Source: Fonticula alba ATCC 38817 (lineage: Eukaryota > Protista > Nucleariida). Taken from it: a DNA stretch of 64,000 nt. Numbering within the stretch: the first letter of the stretch is position 1; every line of letters starts with the position of its first letter. This document shows, piece after piece, positions 35,641 to 48,191 of this stretch. The notes under the pieces are model-generated. The model did not search any database and was not told where the DNA came from. It saw only the letters and a list, made by a program, of their open reading frames with translations. The DNA is taken from NCBI GenBank assembly GCA_000388065.2, contig KB932205.1; one strand, 5' to 3'. The position numbers were made by a program, and so were the translations under genes.

Positions 35641-38600
35641 ATGCGCCTGGATGTCCGCTCGGTGCCCGAGTCCGACGGTCTATCATTCGGCCAGCGCGTT
35701 CTGGTTTCCTTCACCGAGGACGGAAGGTGGGTGACCATGCGCCATGTTGGGTGTCGATGGAGCTTGCTTCCCTTTTCCTGACATCTTATCATGCCCTTAG
35801 CTCGCTGCTGGTCGCCAGCCCGGGAGGACACTTGTCCCGCACGCCGGTCGACTATGCGCCCGGGAAGGACCTTGCCCCCGCCACGCTCGGGGCCACCTCG
35901 GAGCCCGTCTCTCTGTTCAATGTCCCAGGACTGGAAAATGAGATTGACTTTGCTGCCTATGCCCTGGCCACCAAGGTGCGCATGGGGGCATGGACCGCCT
36001 GTTGTCGATGTGCACATGTGCTCCACCTTGGGCCGGTTTTCCCGCACTCACCTTCGCGGTCGGCGTCTTCCCGACACCTGTTTCCCCTCCCCCGGGTCAT
36101 GTACAGTCTCATCTGCTGCTGGCTGGCACGGACCATGCTCGAGTGATGCTGTACCGGCTGCTGCAGCCAACGGGCGCCTCGCCGAACATGGTTTTCCTGA
36201 CGACCCTCGACCGGTTCTCCCTGCCCGTCAGTGCGCTGTCTGTGTCGGCCTGCGCGCGCTTGCTGGCCAGCTCCAGTGAGTGCGTGTTCCTCTGGACGCC
36301 CCACCCCCCGCATGGTCGGGTGCCCTGTCGCCCCTTCGTATCTCTAACACCACTGCCGTCGCTGCCTCTTCAGGGGCGGTGAGCTTCGTCTGGTGGCCAC
36401 CGAGACCGGCTTGGACAGCGGCGCTGCCAGTGTTAGCCTGGCCCTGACGCACCACAAGCGCGTGGTGCGGGGGCTGGCCTTCGGCCCGACGGTCGCCGGG
36501 ACCTCGCGCATGCTGGTGTCCTCGTCGCCGGAGGACGGCGACCTCGCCGTGTGGGCCCTGCCGGTGACCGGCTCGACCGCGAGCACCCTCGCTCCGGAGG
36601 CCAGCATTCGCATCTTCCAGCCGGTCGGCCAGTGCGTGCAAGATCGGCCCCGCCTTCGCTCTCCGGGCCTGGCATGTGCCTGTTGGACTGACGTGCATTG
36701 CTTTCCGCTCTCGCCCCGTTGGTAGCTTCAACTTCTCCGGACAGGTGGCCTGGCATGTGTCGGGTAGTTGGTTTGCCGTTCCTGGCCGTAAGAATGGTAC
36801 GCCCTGGCCGGCGGGCCGCCCTGCTCCGTTGCCTTGCTGCTGTTTGGACCCCATGCTGACCGCCCGCTCAAAGGGATCACCATCGTGTGCCGTGCTCCGG
36901 CTGATGCTGGCCGGGCCTGGGCCGCTGCGGTGCACGTCGAGGACATGTATCTCGCCGGCGAGGTACGCTATGGAGTGGCTCCGGCTCGCCTGTTCTTCTC
37001 CTCGCCCGGTCCTCGCTTCTCCTTTGATGCTGATTGTTTGCCCTGGCCCCCTTGTCCGCTCCCCGGCGCCCCCCCCCCTCCTTCTGCCGATTGCGTGCAC
37101 GTGGGCTGGTGCTGGGCAGTCCTATGCGGTTGCCATGTCACCGGACGGCCGATTCCTGGCAGCCACCTCGCAGGATGGCCGGGTGGTCATCTTTGCGGTG
37201 GGTGGACAGGGCTCTGGCGCCTCGGGCCCCCGCGCCGGTGATGATGATATGGCCTTCATCACTGGTACCCTGTCGCCAGATGTCACCTCGACCGTGAATG
37301 GCGAGGCCCTTTTCACCCCGGTGGCTCGGTTCACCCTTTTCGGCCGGGAGCGTAGCACCATGGCCGCGTCTGGCAGTCTCACTGCTTTCCATATGGAGTC
37401 TCTCACCTGGCACCCGGCCGGGGCCAACCTCCTGGTCGCTGTGCGTGCCTCCTCTTGTCCCTGCTCGCCTGCATCTTCGTTGTTTCCCTCCCCCCCCCCT
37501 CTCCCCAATATCCCCTCGCTTCTCATCTCCCCTCCTCCCTTTGTCTCTCTCTCTCTCTCTCTCTTCGTCTTTCCTTCACGCTCCTCGCCTACTCATACGC
37601 TCGCCATCTCGCCTGCTTCTCGTAGTCTGCCAACTCCGGGCACTTCTGCATGGTCCAGGACCCGGTCCCGACCGACCAATGGGCCCGCGCTGCCACGGCC
37701 AATGTTGATGCCAGCCACCTTTTGACCCTCCGTGGTGCGGCTGACCTGGTCAGGGTACTCGGGCAGACGTGCGTGCTAATGCTCGCCAAAGGTGTCCCTG
37801 GTCGTGGGTTTGCTCGACTCACGCTCCTTGCTCTCCCCCTGCGCTGGTTCCCCCTCTGCCTGTTTTCTCTTTCCGCCGCCCTGCCCCGTCGGTGACCCAG
37901 CACCCAAGACCCTTTGGCCCGTCTGCAGCTTGGGGCCAACTCCACGGCGTCTGCCGCGGCCGCCGCCGGCGCTGACGCTGGCTATGAGGACTTTGACTTC
38001 GATGGTGTCGACGACCTGGACATCCCGGCGCCCAACTTCGACAATCTTCATACCTCCTTCCTGGAGTCGGGCACGGTAGCCACGCCACCCACCGTGGCGA
38101 CGGTCAAGCGCCCTGCCGCCGAGGTGGCTTCCGCATCGCTGCCAGCTGTGCCAGGGCCGCTGGCCAAGCGGCCCCGCCCGGCCGGCTCCTCGCTGGTTGA
38201 CGATGCGGCAACAGAGCGCGAGCGCCCCGGCTCGGGGACCGCGGCCGGCCCTCGGCCCCGGCTGGTGGACCCGGACTTCCCGGAGGAGGAGGGTCTCAAT
38301 GTCTTCGACAAGCACTGGCGTCCTTCCGGCTTGGACTTCGAAGACGAGGACGAAGAGGAAGAGGATGACGACCTCGAGTCGGAGTCGGCATCCGGCCCTG
38401 GGGCCGGTATCCTGGACATCGACGATGGGGTTCCTGGCGAGGACATTACACTGGCCGGGCGCCGTCGGGCCGCCGGACGTGGCTTCGACTTCCACAGTGC
38501 CGGCCGGCCGGTGGCCGATTCGCCTGGCAGCCTGGACACCGGGCTGAGCCCCACATGTGCCGGCTCCACGCCGTGGATTCTCAACCGACGCATCCTCGGT

Positions 38601-38646
38601 GCGTTCGACTTCCCCATTGCCTTTCTTCTGTTCTGTTTCTCCCCCC

Positions 38647-38685
<39 letters not shown>

Positions 38686-41357
38686 TCCTCCCATACAACA
38701 GTCATCTTGTGCCCTCCTCAAATTATCTCCCCACCTAATTCCCGCCTCGGTCCTCTCTCCCGCCCCCTTCTGTCGCCCAGCCTGGAACCATGTCGGAATG
38801 GTTCTGGTGCATATGGTCCCGCCATCGCGCGATGCCGCTCCGGGGGAGCCGCAGCAGCATTTCTACGAGACCCGAATGCATGATGCCGGCAGTCGCAGCC
38901 GCCGGGTACAGATCCAGACAGCCACCGATTACACGATGGCCGCCATCAGTACGTGCTGGCACAATCCCGGCCTCACGAGTATGCGCCACCTCCTCGCCAC
39001 GCCTGCTGACCTTTCCCCATGTCCATTGCCCTGTTCCTGCTCTTCGCCCTTGTGTCTCCCCTTTCCCCCTCGCCCGGCGTCGCCTACTTGGCCGTGCAAA
39101 TGGCTCTGCCCACCCATCCAGACGAGCATGGCGTCGTGCTAGCCGGGCCTGGAGGCGGCTCCGCCAGCGGACGCTCGACGCTGCAGTTCTCCTCGCTCGA
39201 TGCCCGGTCGGAGAGCGTCAGCTGGACCTTGTCGCTCGATGCCGGCGAGCACATCGAGGGTACGCGCTCCATGTGGCGACCCAGGTCGCACCGCCCTCCT
39301 TCGATCTGTCTGCCGCTCTCCGCCCCTCTCTGGCTCCTCCCCGCTCATGCCCCATGCCTCTTGGGCCATTTTGCGTCCATGCTAACCTCCTGCTTCGGCC
39401 CGCAGCCGTGGCCCTGGGCGATGGCTGGGTGGCGGCCATCACGTCGCTCGGCTTCATTCGGCTGTACACGACCGGGCGCCTGCCGATGCCGGTGGCCTCG
39501 CTCCCTGTGCCCGGGTCCTTCCGGCCGAGTGTTTACTCCAAGCCCGGACGCCAGCTGGACTCGGTGCCGGCCATCAGCCACACCCCGGTGGCCGCGGCGG
39601 CTGGCATGGGTGATCGGCTGGTGGTCACCTGGCGTGCGGCCGGCCAGGTGCAGCCCTGCTGGGCTCAATTCGTCGTCACTCCGGGGTCGGGTTTGGCGGC
39701 CGACGGGACCCCTGGCCAGGCGCTGCCTCTCACTCCGGGCAGCTCCCTCCGTTGGGTGGGTCTCACGCCGGAGAAGGTGCGCCCCCAAGCATGTGGGCCT
39801 TTTGAATGTCGCCCTCCCTGCACGGGCCTCATCATTGGCGTCACCCCCCCCCCCCCCCATCTCTCCTGAGCATGATATGCAAGCCTAACCCCTCGGTCCC
39901 GCCGGCCGCTCCTCTCCTCCGCTGTGCACATATGCTTCACTGCTATCGGTCTTGCTTGTGGCTCGTCCTTGCTCCGCCCCGTTCCCCCTGGGCCCGCTCA
40001 GCGCATGGCAACCTTCGACTCCCAGGGCATCCTTCGCATTTTGATTGGCGAGCCGGGCGCCGCCATCTGGACCCCCGTGCTGGACATGGTTGCCGCTGGG
40101 CGCGCGGCGGCCGGCGCGGCCAGCGTCTGGCCCGTGGCCGTGGAGGATGGCCAGCTGGTGTTCCTGCCGCTGGACGGCGGAAACAGTGGCTTCTGCGCCG
40201 TCCGCGGGCTCCGGTACCCCCTGGCCGAGCCGAGCATGAGGCCCTTGCCACAGTCGAGCAAGTTCGCCTGCCCCATTCGCAGCAGCCAGGCCAGCGGGCC
40301 CGACGCCCCTGGCCCCACGTCCATCGCCACCATCGAGCAGGAATGGGCGACCGTGGTGCTGCGACTGCTCGCTGCGCCGGATGTCCGGTCGGCCGAGCGT
40401 TCCGAGCTCCTGGTCCAGCATGACCTGCTCCTGGTCCGGCTGTTGTCGGTGCGTCCCCCCTGCACAGGGGCACCCCCCCCCCCCCCGCCTCTGCCTCTGC
40501 CTCTGCCTCTTCTCTTCCCGTCGTCGCCCCTCTGCCTCTCTTCGTCCCTCACCCTCGATCGCGTATCTCACAACTCCGACGGGGGCTGCTCTTGCTGCGG
40601 CCCGTCATTCCGCCACCTTCCGGATATGTAGGATGCCATCCGCCAAGAGCATGACTTCCGCGCCATTGAGCTTGCGCGTTTGATGAAGGCCTCTTCCTCG
40701 CTGGACTTCTGCATTGCGGCCGCCAAGAAGTCCGGCCGCCGGGAGCTTCTCAACACCCTGGTTGCCATTCAGGAGGTGTGTTCCGGGCCCTTGGCCGTTC
40801 GCCCTTGCGCCCGCTGGCGGGCTCTGTCCACCGCCAGCCATGCTAACCCACATGTCGCATGCCGGCCTTTACCGCAGGAAATTCGCACGCGCGCCCTCTC
40901 GGCTGTGGCTACCTCGCAGTCGGGCAGCAGCAGCAGCAGCAACAGCAGTGGTGGTGGTGACAATGCCACCGGCCTGGTCACTTCCACAACTGCCCGGGGC
41001 GCTGCCATCACCACCCCCAGCGCCCCCGGCCCTGCTTCGCCTTTGCCCCCGGTGGTGGGCAGACCTCACATCCTCCCGGAAGCGACCGGCGCCACTGGTC
41101 TGGTCGCCGATTGCGCCTTGGCCACAGCCTCGAGCGCGGCCCCGATGCCAGGGGCGCCGCAGTCGCCGGTGCCCCTCCCGACCCCGGTGCATCGGGCCTT
41201 CTCGACCGGCGCCGCCCCGGTCAGCTCCTCCTCGTCGGCAGCCAGCTTCCTGGCCGGCGCCGGACAGTCTCCCGGTCCTGGGAGTCCGCGCACGGCGGCC
41301 TCCTCCAGCGCCAGTGCTCTCCGGTCGAGCCTCTTCGACCGCTTTGCCCGCAAGTGA
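35641..41357 (+). CDS. WDHD1: WDHD1/AND-1/Ctf4/Mcl1 replisome hub protein, many exons
   Basis: N-terminal WD40-like exons, then SepB-domain motifs (FYETRMHD...DYTMAAIS; SWTLSLDAGEHIE/AVALGDGWVAAITSLGFIRLYT; LRWVGLTPE; TFDSQGILRIL...WTPVLD) and a helical bundle (QHDLLLVRLLS/DAIRQEHDFRAIELARLM). An alternative upstream ATG lies at 35396. Confidence 0.85.
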
Positions 41358-41890
41358 TACACCCACCGGCAGACCTTTGTCCATACCTGAGAGCATCCAC
41401 CGAAACATGCATATATTTAGTACATATTTATGAGTCCACATTTGTGTGTACATGTATGTATGTGTGTGTTTTGGTATGCTCTCGCCCCCCGCACGCGCCG
41501 GCCTCCTGCCCCCCCCCCCCCCCCCTTGCCCGAATACACTGCACGGCCATCCCCGCGGCCACTCCCCTGGCGTTGGCACCACACTTTCACACACAAAGCA
41601 TGAGCTGACAACGGTCAGAGCGGCGGCCCCCCCCTGTGGGCCTGGCGCCGGCGTATGTGTGCGTGCGTTTGCGCACGCATCGCGCGCGCGCGCGCGCGCG
41701 CGCGTGCCAGGGCAATCGGCACGCAGGATCGCGGCCAAGAGACGCCCCGCCGCGAGGGCAGACGGCGCGCGGCTCCTGGCCCATCTGCCCCGTCCCGCTG
41801 CCTCCCTCCCTCTTTCTCTCTCTCTCTCCGCCCCTTACCTTGCGCAGTTTCGTACTCGCCCATCCCCCCTCGCCTTCTCTCGTCCCCGTC

Positions 41891-41933
41891 GCCTGCCTGC
41901 CTGCCTGCCTGCTTGCCTGCCTGCCTGCCTGCC
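41891..41933. repeat. (GCCT)n microsatellite directly before the TFIIS ATG
   Basis: About 11 GCCT units with one GCTT interruption. Confidence 0.9.
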
Positions 41934-41936
41934 ACC

Positions 41937-43573
41937 ATGTCGATTGAGAAGCTCCAGAAGGAGCTCGGCCGCCATCGCGATACTGCCATGAAGTCCGACT
42001 CGGTGCGTGCCGCATTCCAGCCTGCTGTCTCGCGCTGACAAGCCGCCGGTCTGGACGGCAGCCTGGCCCTCCTTCTTCCGGCCTCGGCCAAGTTCCGCCG
42101 GCCTTCCGTGGTTCGCCGCGTGGTGCTAACTTCCGCCTTTGTCGGTTGGCTGGCCGGGTGGCTGGCTGTTTGCCTGTTTCCCTCAGAACAAGGACGTCGT
42201 GATGGAGCTCCTTGAGGCTGTCAGCAAGTACACCTATGATTCCAGTTACGCCTCGGTGCGTTTCTCCCTCCTGCTCGCCCTCGCCTCGTGTGATGCGCGG
42301 CTCTCGTTGCCTGCCGGGACCTCATCCGACCCGTGTATTCATCTCCGTCCCCCCTCCCGCCCCCCCTCCCCCTGGCCGCGCCCAGATGCCCATCCTCAAG
42401 CACCTCCGGTCACTGCGGTCCGCACATGACGATGAGATTTCGGCCCTGGCCAAGTCCATCTATTCCAACTGGAAGAGCGCCAACAAGCTGATCAGCACTC
42501 GCAAGGAGTCGAGCCCGGCGCCAGGTGACTCCGGCAGCTCAACCCCGACGTCGGCCTCGGCGGCGTCGCCTGCGGCGCATGCCCCAGCGCACAACCGGCG
42601 TGCTGCCCCGGCCGCCAGTGACACCAAGGCCCCGCGTCCGGCTGGCGCGGCGTACTTCGACTCGGATCAGATTAGCGCCGATCGTAACCGCATCGCCCGG
42701 GCCATTTACACCTCGCTCAGCCGGCACCATGACTGGGCCCAAAGTGCGTGGCCGCTCCTTGCCTCCGCCGCGCGCCGCCTTCTCCGGCCACTTCCCCCCC
42801 CCCCCNNNNNNNNNNNNNNNNNNNNNNNNNNNNNNNNNNNNNNNNNNNNNNNNNNNNNNNCCCCCCCCCCCCCCCGCTCGCCCGTGCCGGGCCCTCGAGT
42901 GCTGACACATGCCTTGCCTTCTTTTGCGTGCCCCTGCTCGTGGCAGTTTCCAATGACCGCCTGGTGAAGTTCTCACACGATCTGGAGGGCGCCCTGGCCA
43001 ACGAGTTCCAGCCTCTGTCCGATGCCTACAAGTCCCGGATGCGGGCTCTGGCCCTGGATCTTGGCGATGCCAACAACGAGCAGCTCCGTAACCGGATTTG
43101 GAATGACCCTTATTGCACCCCGGCCTACCTCGTTACGGCCAAGGCTCAGGCATGTCATTTCTCTCTCTCTCTCTCTCTCTCTCTTCCTCTGTCCATCTTT
43201 TTCTTTCCTTTTTTTCTGCCTCTCTGCCTCTCTCGCCCTCCCCTCCTCCGCTCCTGTCCAGTTTGCAGGCCTGGCTGACAGTTACAAATGCATCTCCCTC
43301 CCCCTTCCTCCCCGTCTCATTGTGTTTGGCCTCGCCTCCTTCCGGTCGCAGGACCTCGCCAGCGACTCGATGAAGGAGCAGCGCAAGCTCCGCCTCGAGA
43401 AGACCCGCAACGAACTCCACGAGGCCAAGGGCATTGACATGGAGTCGGACGACTTCCTGTGCCCCCGGTGCGGTAAGAAGCGCGTGCGCTACTCGCAGCA
43501 GCAGACCCGCTCGGCCGATGAGCCGATGACCACCTTCATTACCTGTCTCGAGTGCGGTCACAAGTGGAAGGAG
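41937..43573 (+). CDS. TFIIS: Transcription elongation factor TFIIS, multi-exon; final exon unresolved
   Basis: N-domain ...DEISALAKSIYSNWK, domain II YKSRMRALALDLGDANNEQLRNRI, and zinc ribbon FLCPRCGKKRVRYSQQQTRSADEPMTTFITCLECGHKWK with an intact acidic DE hairpin. Confidence 0.92.
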
Positions 43574-43585
43574 GTACATTTCTCT

Positions 43586-43617
<32 letters not shown>

Positions 43618-44058
43618 TTGTACCTCCCCCTCCCCCCAGGATTCGGACTCTTGTTTTCCTTCTCTAATCACCCTGCTGCACCTGCCGCTCCGCCCTCTGG
43701 CCACCAGTGATGCGCCGATACGTTGGTTCCCCTGCAATTTGCCGCTGCTTTTGCTTATGGTCTCCTCCCCCGGGCATGGCGTCCCCCCGCCCGCCCCTTC
43801 TGTCCCCCCGCCTCCATGCTTCGGTTCACAATATACCCCTCTCCCTTCCCCTCCTTGGCATGGAAAAGGTCCCCCGCATTGTTTGGCCAGAGTGAGGGGA
43901 GATGTCTCTCGGCGGTTCCGCGTCAGCCCTGTTGCGAGAGGCGCACATGTGGGCACGCACACATGTCGACCGATGTCTGTGCGCGTGCGCGAGGATAGCT
44001 GTATGTGCACCTGCATGTGTATTGGTGTGGGTGACCGCCGGCACCGGAGGAGGGTGCT

Positions 44059-46947
44059 CTATTCGCCAGATGGCTGATTGGGGTCCGGCATTCCCGGGCT
44101 GGCAAACCGAATGGGCACGTCGCGACGGCGCTTCCCGGCCCCCAGGGCGCCTTCCTGCGAGCCAGGCCCTGGGCGCTTGCGCGAGTGTGTCCCCCACCCA
44201 TGGCCGCCGGGCTCGGCCGCACCGAGTGGCGCGCCGTCGGCGTCCGCCGCCTCGCCGCCGCCCTCGCTCTCCTGCTCTTGCCCCAGGTTGCCGGGGATTT
44301 CGGACCCGGCCAGTGGCTGGTCAGCCGGCTCGCCATCTTCGGCCAGGGCGCGTCCGTGCTCATCGCGCGGGACCCATGTCCCATGCGATGCGCAAAACAT
44401 GCGCACCATGCGGGTGCACAAGCGGGGAGGCTTCGTGGCATCGAGTCGGCCTCCGCGCAGCGGCGCCCCACACCGGCGCAATGGGACATCCTCACGCGAG
44501 TCGGTGACCAGCGATCGGCGGAACTCCAGCAGGGCCGGCGTGACATGGATTTCGGCCTTCTCGCGGACCCAAAATGTCTCAATGGCCGTGTCTTTACCAG
44601 GGACAGGGGAACACAGTCGAGAGGCCCCGGGTCAGTGGCCGCCCGAGAGCACCTGGCAGGGGAGGGGCCGGGGCACATGGTCCGGGTGAAAGTGCACGCA
44701 CCAAAGGTTTGCAACAGGTCGGCGACGTCGCGCTCGTTGATTTTGGCCTCAGCAGACTGGACCCCATCGGCCAGCCCTTCCGTGGGGGCTTTGTTGTGCA
44801 TGTGCCGAGCGGTGGGCCTCTCGCCGGTCGAGCGGCCGGGCACCCGCGGCGGGAGAACCTGCCGGCAGGCGTGCAGGCCCCGGAGCAAGGCTCGGGCAAA
44901 ACCCCGGAGCAGGGCCAGCAAGCCGCCTCCACTCGATCTCCCCGGCTCGGGGATGCTCAGCGTCGCCAGGGAAAAGGGGTACTCCGGGTCCGGCCGCCAG
45001 GTGAATCCCCCAGGCACCGGGGGCAGGTGCGTCAATTGGTCGCGAGTGTCCGCCGGCAGGGGGAGAGACCCCAGGCGCAAGTGGCACAGGCATTCCGAGC
45101 CGTCCAGCGGGGGCGGCAGCGAATGGGGTGAAAAGGTGGCCGGGCTCAAGGGCCCAGCGGCCTGGGCCAAGAGCGCAGCCGTGTGGCCGCCATCCGCCGG
45201 GCAGGCACACAAGTCGCCCAGCCACACCAGCACCGTGGTCAGGCCCGCGGCCAGGGACACAATTTCCGATCCCAAGGCCACGGTCGATGGAGTGGGGATG
45301 TCCGGGAAGAGGGCCCCCGGCGTGGGGGCCGCGCTGGCCCCCGGCGAGGAGTCCGGGTTTTCCGGCAAGGGCGCCGGCACATCGGGACACGGCTCGGCGC
45401 CCGGGCTGGAGGTTGGTCCGTCGTCGGGCTCCAGGAAAGGCAACTCCGCGTCGGCCAGGAAGTCCGGGAATTCAAAGGGAAGCTCCGTGGACCCGGGCTC
45501 GGCCGTCGGCGATGGAGCATCCACATCGTCAAAGTCGTCTTCCTCCTCTGGGTCTTCCGGGCGGGGCTGCTGCTCGGGCTGCGCGGCGGCAGGCAAGAGG
45601 CCCCGCGCGGCGGCATACGCCCGGAGCTGGTCCCGCCCGGAGGGAGCACGAAGTTGCTCCCGCGTCACGCGCAGCAGCAGCCGCTCGGCGTACCGCAGCG
45701 AAGTGTCGGCCTTCGGCAAGCGGGACGCCGCATTCTCCACGACCGCGCAGTAGGTGGCCAGCTGGCAGTCGGGGGACCGGGCACATGGGGCACGGCCGGC
45801 GCATGTCAGCGGATGAGCAAGCACAAAGGGGAGAGCACGGGCAGAAGACCCACCCGGGAGGCATCCGGCCCCGGCAGAGGGCGAGTCGTACCAGAGTCGT
45901 GTCGGTCCCGGCGGCCGGGGCCCCGACAAGCAGGTCCCGCCACAGGGCAATGGCCGGATGAGCGAGGGTATGCTCGCGGGCCAGGTTGAATCGCAGGGCG
46001 TGGACGCCCTGCGGAAGGACCGCCGTGCCGGCAGTCCCGGGCTGGATGTCGCCCCGGACCGTGCCCCACGGGCTGGAGCACCAGCCAGCCATGATGGCCA
46101 GCAGGTCCCCGGCAATGGGCTCCACCAGGGTAGCCACCGAGTCCGCGGCAAGGGGGGCCTGGCGTCGAGCGCGCCGGGCTCCGGGGCCGCGGGTCCGGCG
46201 GAGATGCGCGCGCAGTCGCCGCAGCGATCCGGCCAGCAGATCGTCCACCAGCTGGTGCAGCTGTCCGGCCAGGTGGTCCCGAGCCGAGGCACTGCGCAGG
46301 ATTAGGTAGTCCAGCGCCCGGAGGGCCCGGCGCCGGTCCGGCACCCAGAACTCGGTTGTGTCCTCGGCGGCCTCCAGGGCTTCGGTCAGGAAGTCCTGCA
46401 AATGCCCCGGCAGGGAGAATGTGCCACTCGTCGGGGGAGCACGGGCCTGGCGGCCTGGCGGGGAGGCGGGGCCCGAGCCGGAGACGTGCCGCCGGGCGGC
46501 CGGCCGGCCCGGTCGCCCGGGTGGTGGCTGCTGCCCGGCCCCGGGAAGGGCGCTCCCTCGGAGGAAGCGAAGGAGCTCCTGGCAGAAGACCCCCCCGAAG
46601 GACTCGTCCATGCGACACTGGCGCCGAACCGCGGCCAGTGTCTCGTTCAGGTCCGGGTCCGTCTGCGGCGAGAGGAAGTCCGTGAGCTGGCCGCTGGGCC
46701 CCGGCACGCCGGGAGCGGGAGCCACCAGCAGTGGGGAATCCCCGGGCAGGCGATCCGGCGAGTAGGGCGAGTACTCCGGCTGGAAGGCCACTATGTCAGC
46801 GGCTCGGGGCCCGGGAGTGCCGCGCGGCAGACGCACCAGGCGCCCGGTCAGTCGTGCGCATAGATCTGCGGCCAGCAGGGCCCGAGGGTCCGGGCCATCG
46901 GCCGGCTCGGGTCCGCTCGTCAGCGGCAGGTGGTCGGCCGGGTTCAT
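44059..46947 (-). CDS. UVSSA: UV-stimulated scaffold protein A (TC-NER factor), about 3 exons
   Basis: VHS-like N-terminus (RRALRALDYLILRSASARDHLAGQLHQLVDDLL) and, after a GTGCGT intron, the DUF2043-type zinc finger RCGAPLRGGRLDATKPPRLCTRMVRMFCASHGTWVPRDEHGRAL (human: [35 protein letters not shown]). Confidence 0.8.
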
Positions 46948-48191
46948 GAATGCGCCGCCGAGGGACGGCCGGCCAGGCAGGGGACCAAGTGGGCGCGGCC
47001 CGGTGGGAGCCGGTCCGGCACCGGGGCAAAGGAAGGACAGCGGAGGGCCGAGAGGGGAGGGGGAGGCAGGGGCAAAGGAGAGAGAGGGAGGGAGGGAAAC
47101 TGGATCGAGCATGCTGTGGAGTCCTTCTCCTCCCCCACCCCCCCCGGGGGAGGGGGATCGGACGGAGGGGCCCCTTGGCGATCTACCTTTTTCAGGCCGG
47201 GTATGTGTCCCCCCCCCCCCTGGGGGGCACCGGCGGGTCCGGGAGCCGGGGCGGCCCCGCCACCGCGCTGGTCGGCGATCGTGTTCCCACACACCCAGCA
47301 GCAGGTGGCGTCACCCGGCGGGATGCCCCCCGGTCGCGGCCAGCCATGTGATCCATATGGCCACCAACGCTTGGGTGAATGTCCTAGTTCGCGGTTCTCC
47401 AGGCTACGGTCCTCCCAGCCACATGCCCGATGCTCCGGCATCGTCGTCGAGGGCAGATTCTCCCTCTTGAAGACAAAGCCACACGCACACGTTACTGCCT
47501 ACTCACGCGCTGCCGAATCCTGTCCGGGATCACGTCAATGTGGGTCACGCGACCACCGCCGCGGCCAAGTACCACTCCTTGCCCCCATGTGTGTGGGTGA
47601 CTGCGTTGGCGGCTGCGGCGGCTGCGGCGGCGGCGGCGGCGTGCATGGCCAACAATCTGCCCCGGCCGCGGGGTAGGATGGGAACACGCGTTTTCCTGCC
47701 TGCCTGCCTTCCCTCGGTGTGGGACTGGGCGGGGCCGGCGGTGGCTGGCCGTGTCCGCGCCCGCGCCCGGTTGACCTGGGGCTGAATGACCCCCCCTCTC
47801 TTCCCGGAGCCCGGGCAGCCGTGTTCGTGTTCGTGCCTGTGACGCAGGCGGGACAGGCGGGGCCAGCCGACCGGGGGCCCTTACCACACGGCATCCCGAT
47901 TCCGGAGGAGAGATCGTGGCATGTGGACCAGGAAAAAAAACAAAGAAAAAACACTGTGTGCGCTTGGGCGGGCCGCCGCGCCCGGGCATCAGCATCCCCC
48001 TGTCCTGCCCTGTCCTGTTCTGATTGTCGCCATCCGCCTGTGGCTCGTTCCATTCACGCCTCTGCGCATCTCCTTCCCAAACACCCCCTCTCCTCCTCCC
48101 CNNNNNNNNNNNNNNNNNNNNNNNNNNNNNNNNNNNNNNCCCCCCCACCGCTCCTCGCTCCCCTTCACTGGCGCTTCCTCTTCATAGCACG

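Noticed and set aside
47340-47560. Complex-sequence island between UVSSA and SUV3 as a small gene
   Set aside because: Only short ORFs without codon bias; it is adequately explained as the divergent promoter/UTR region.
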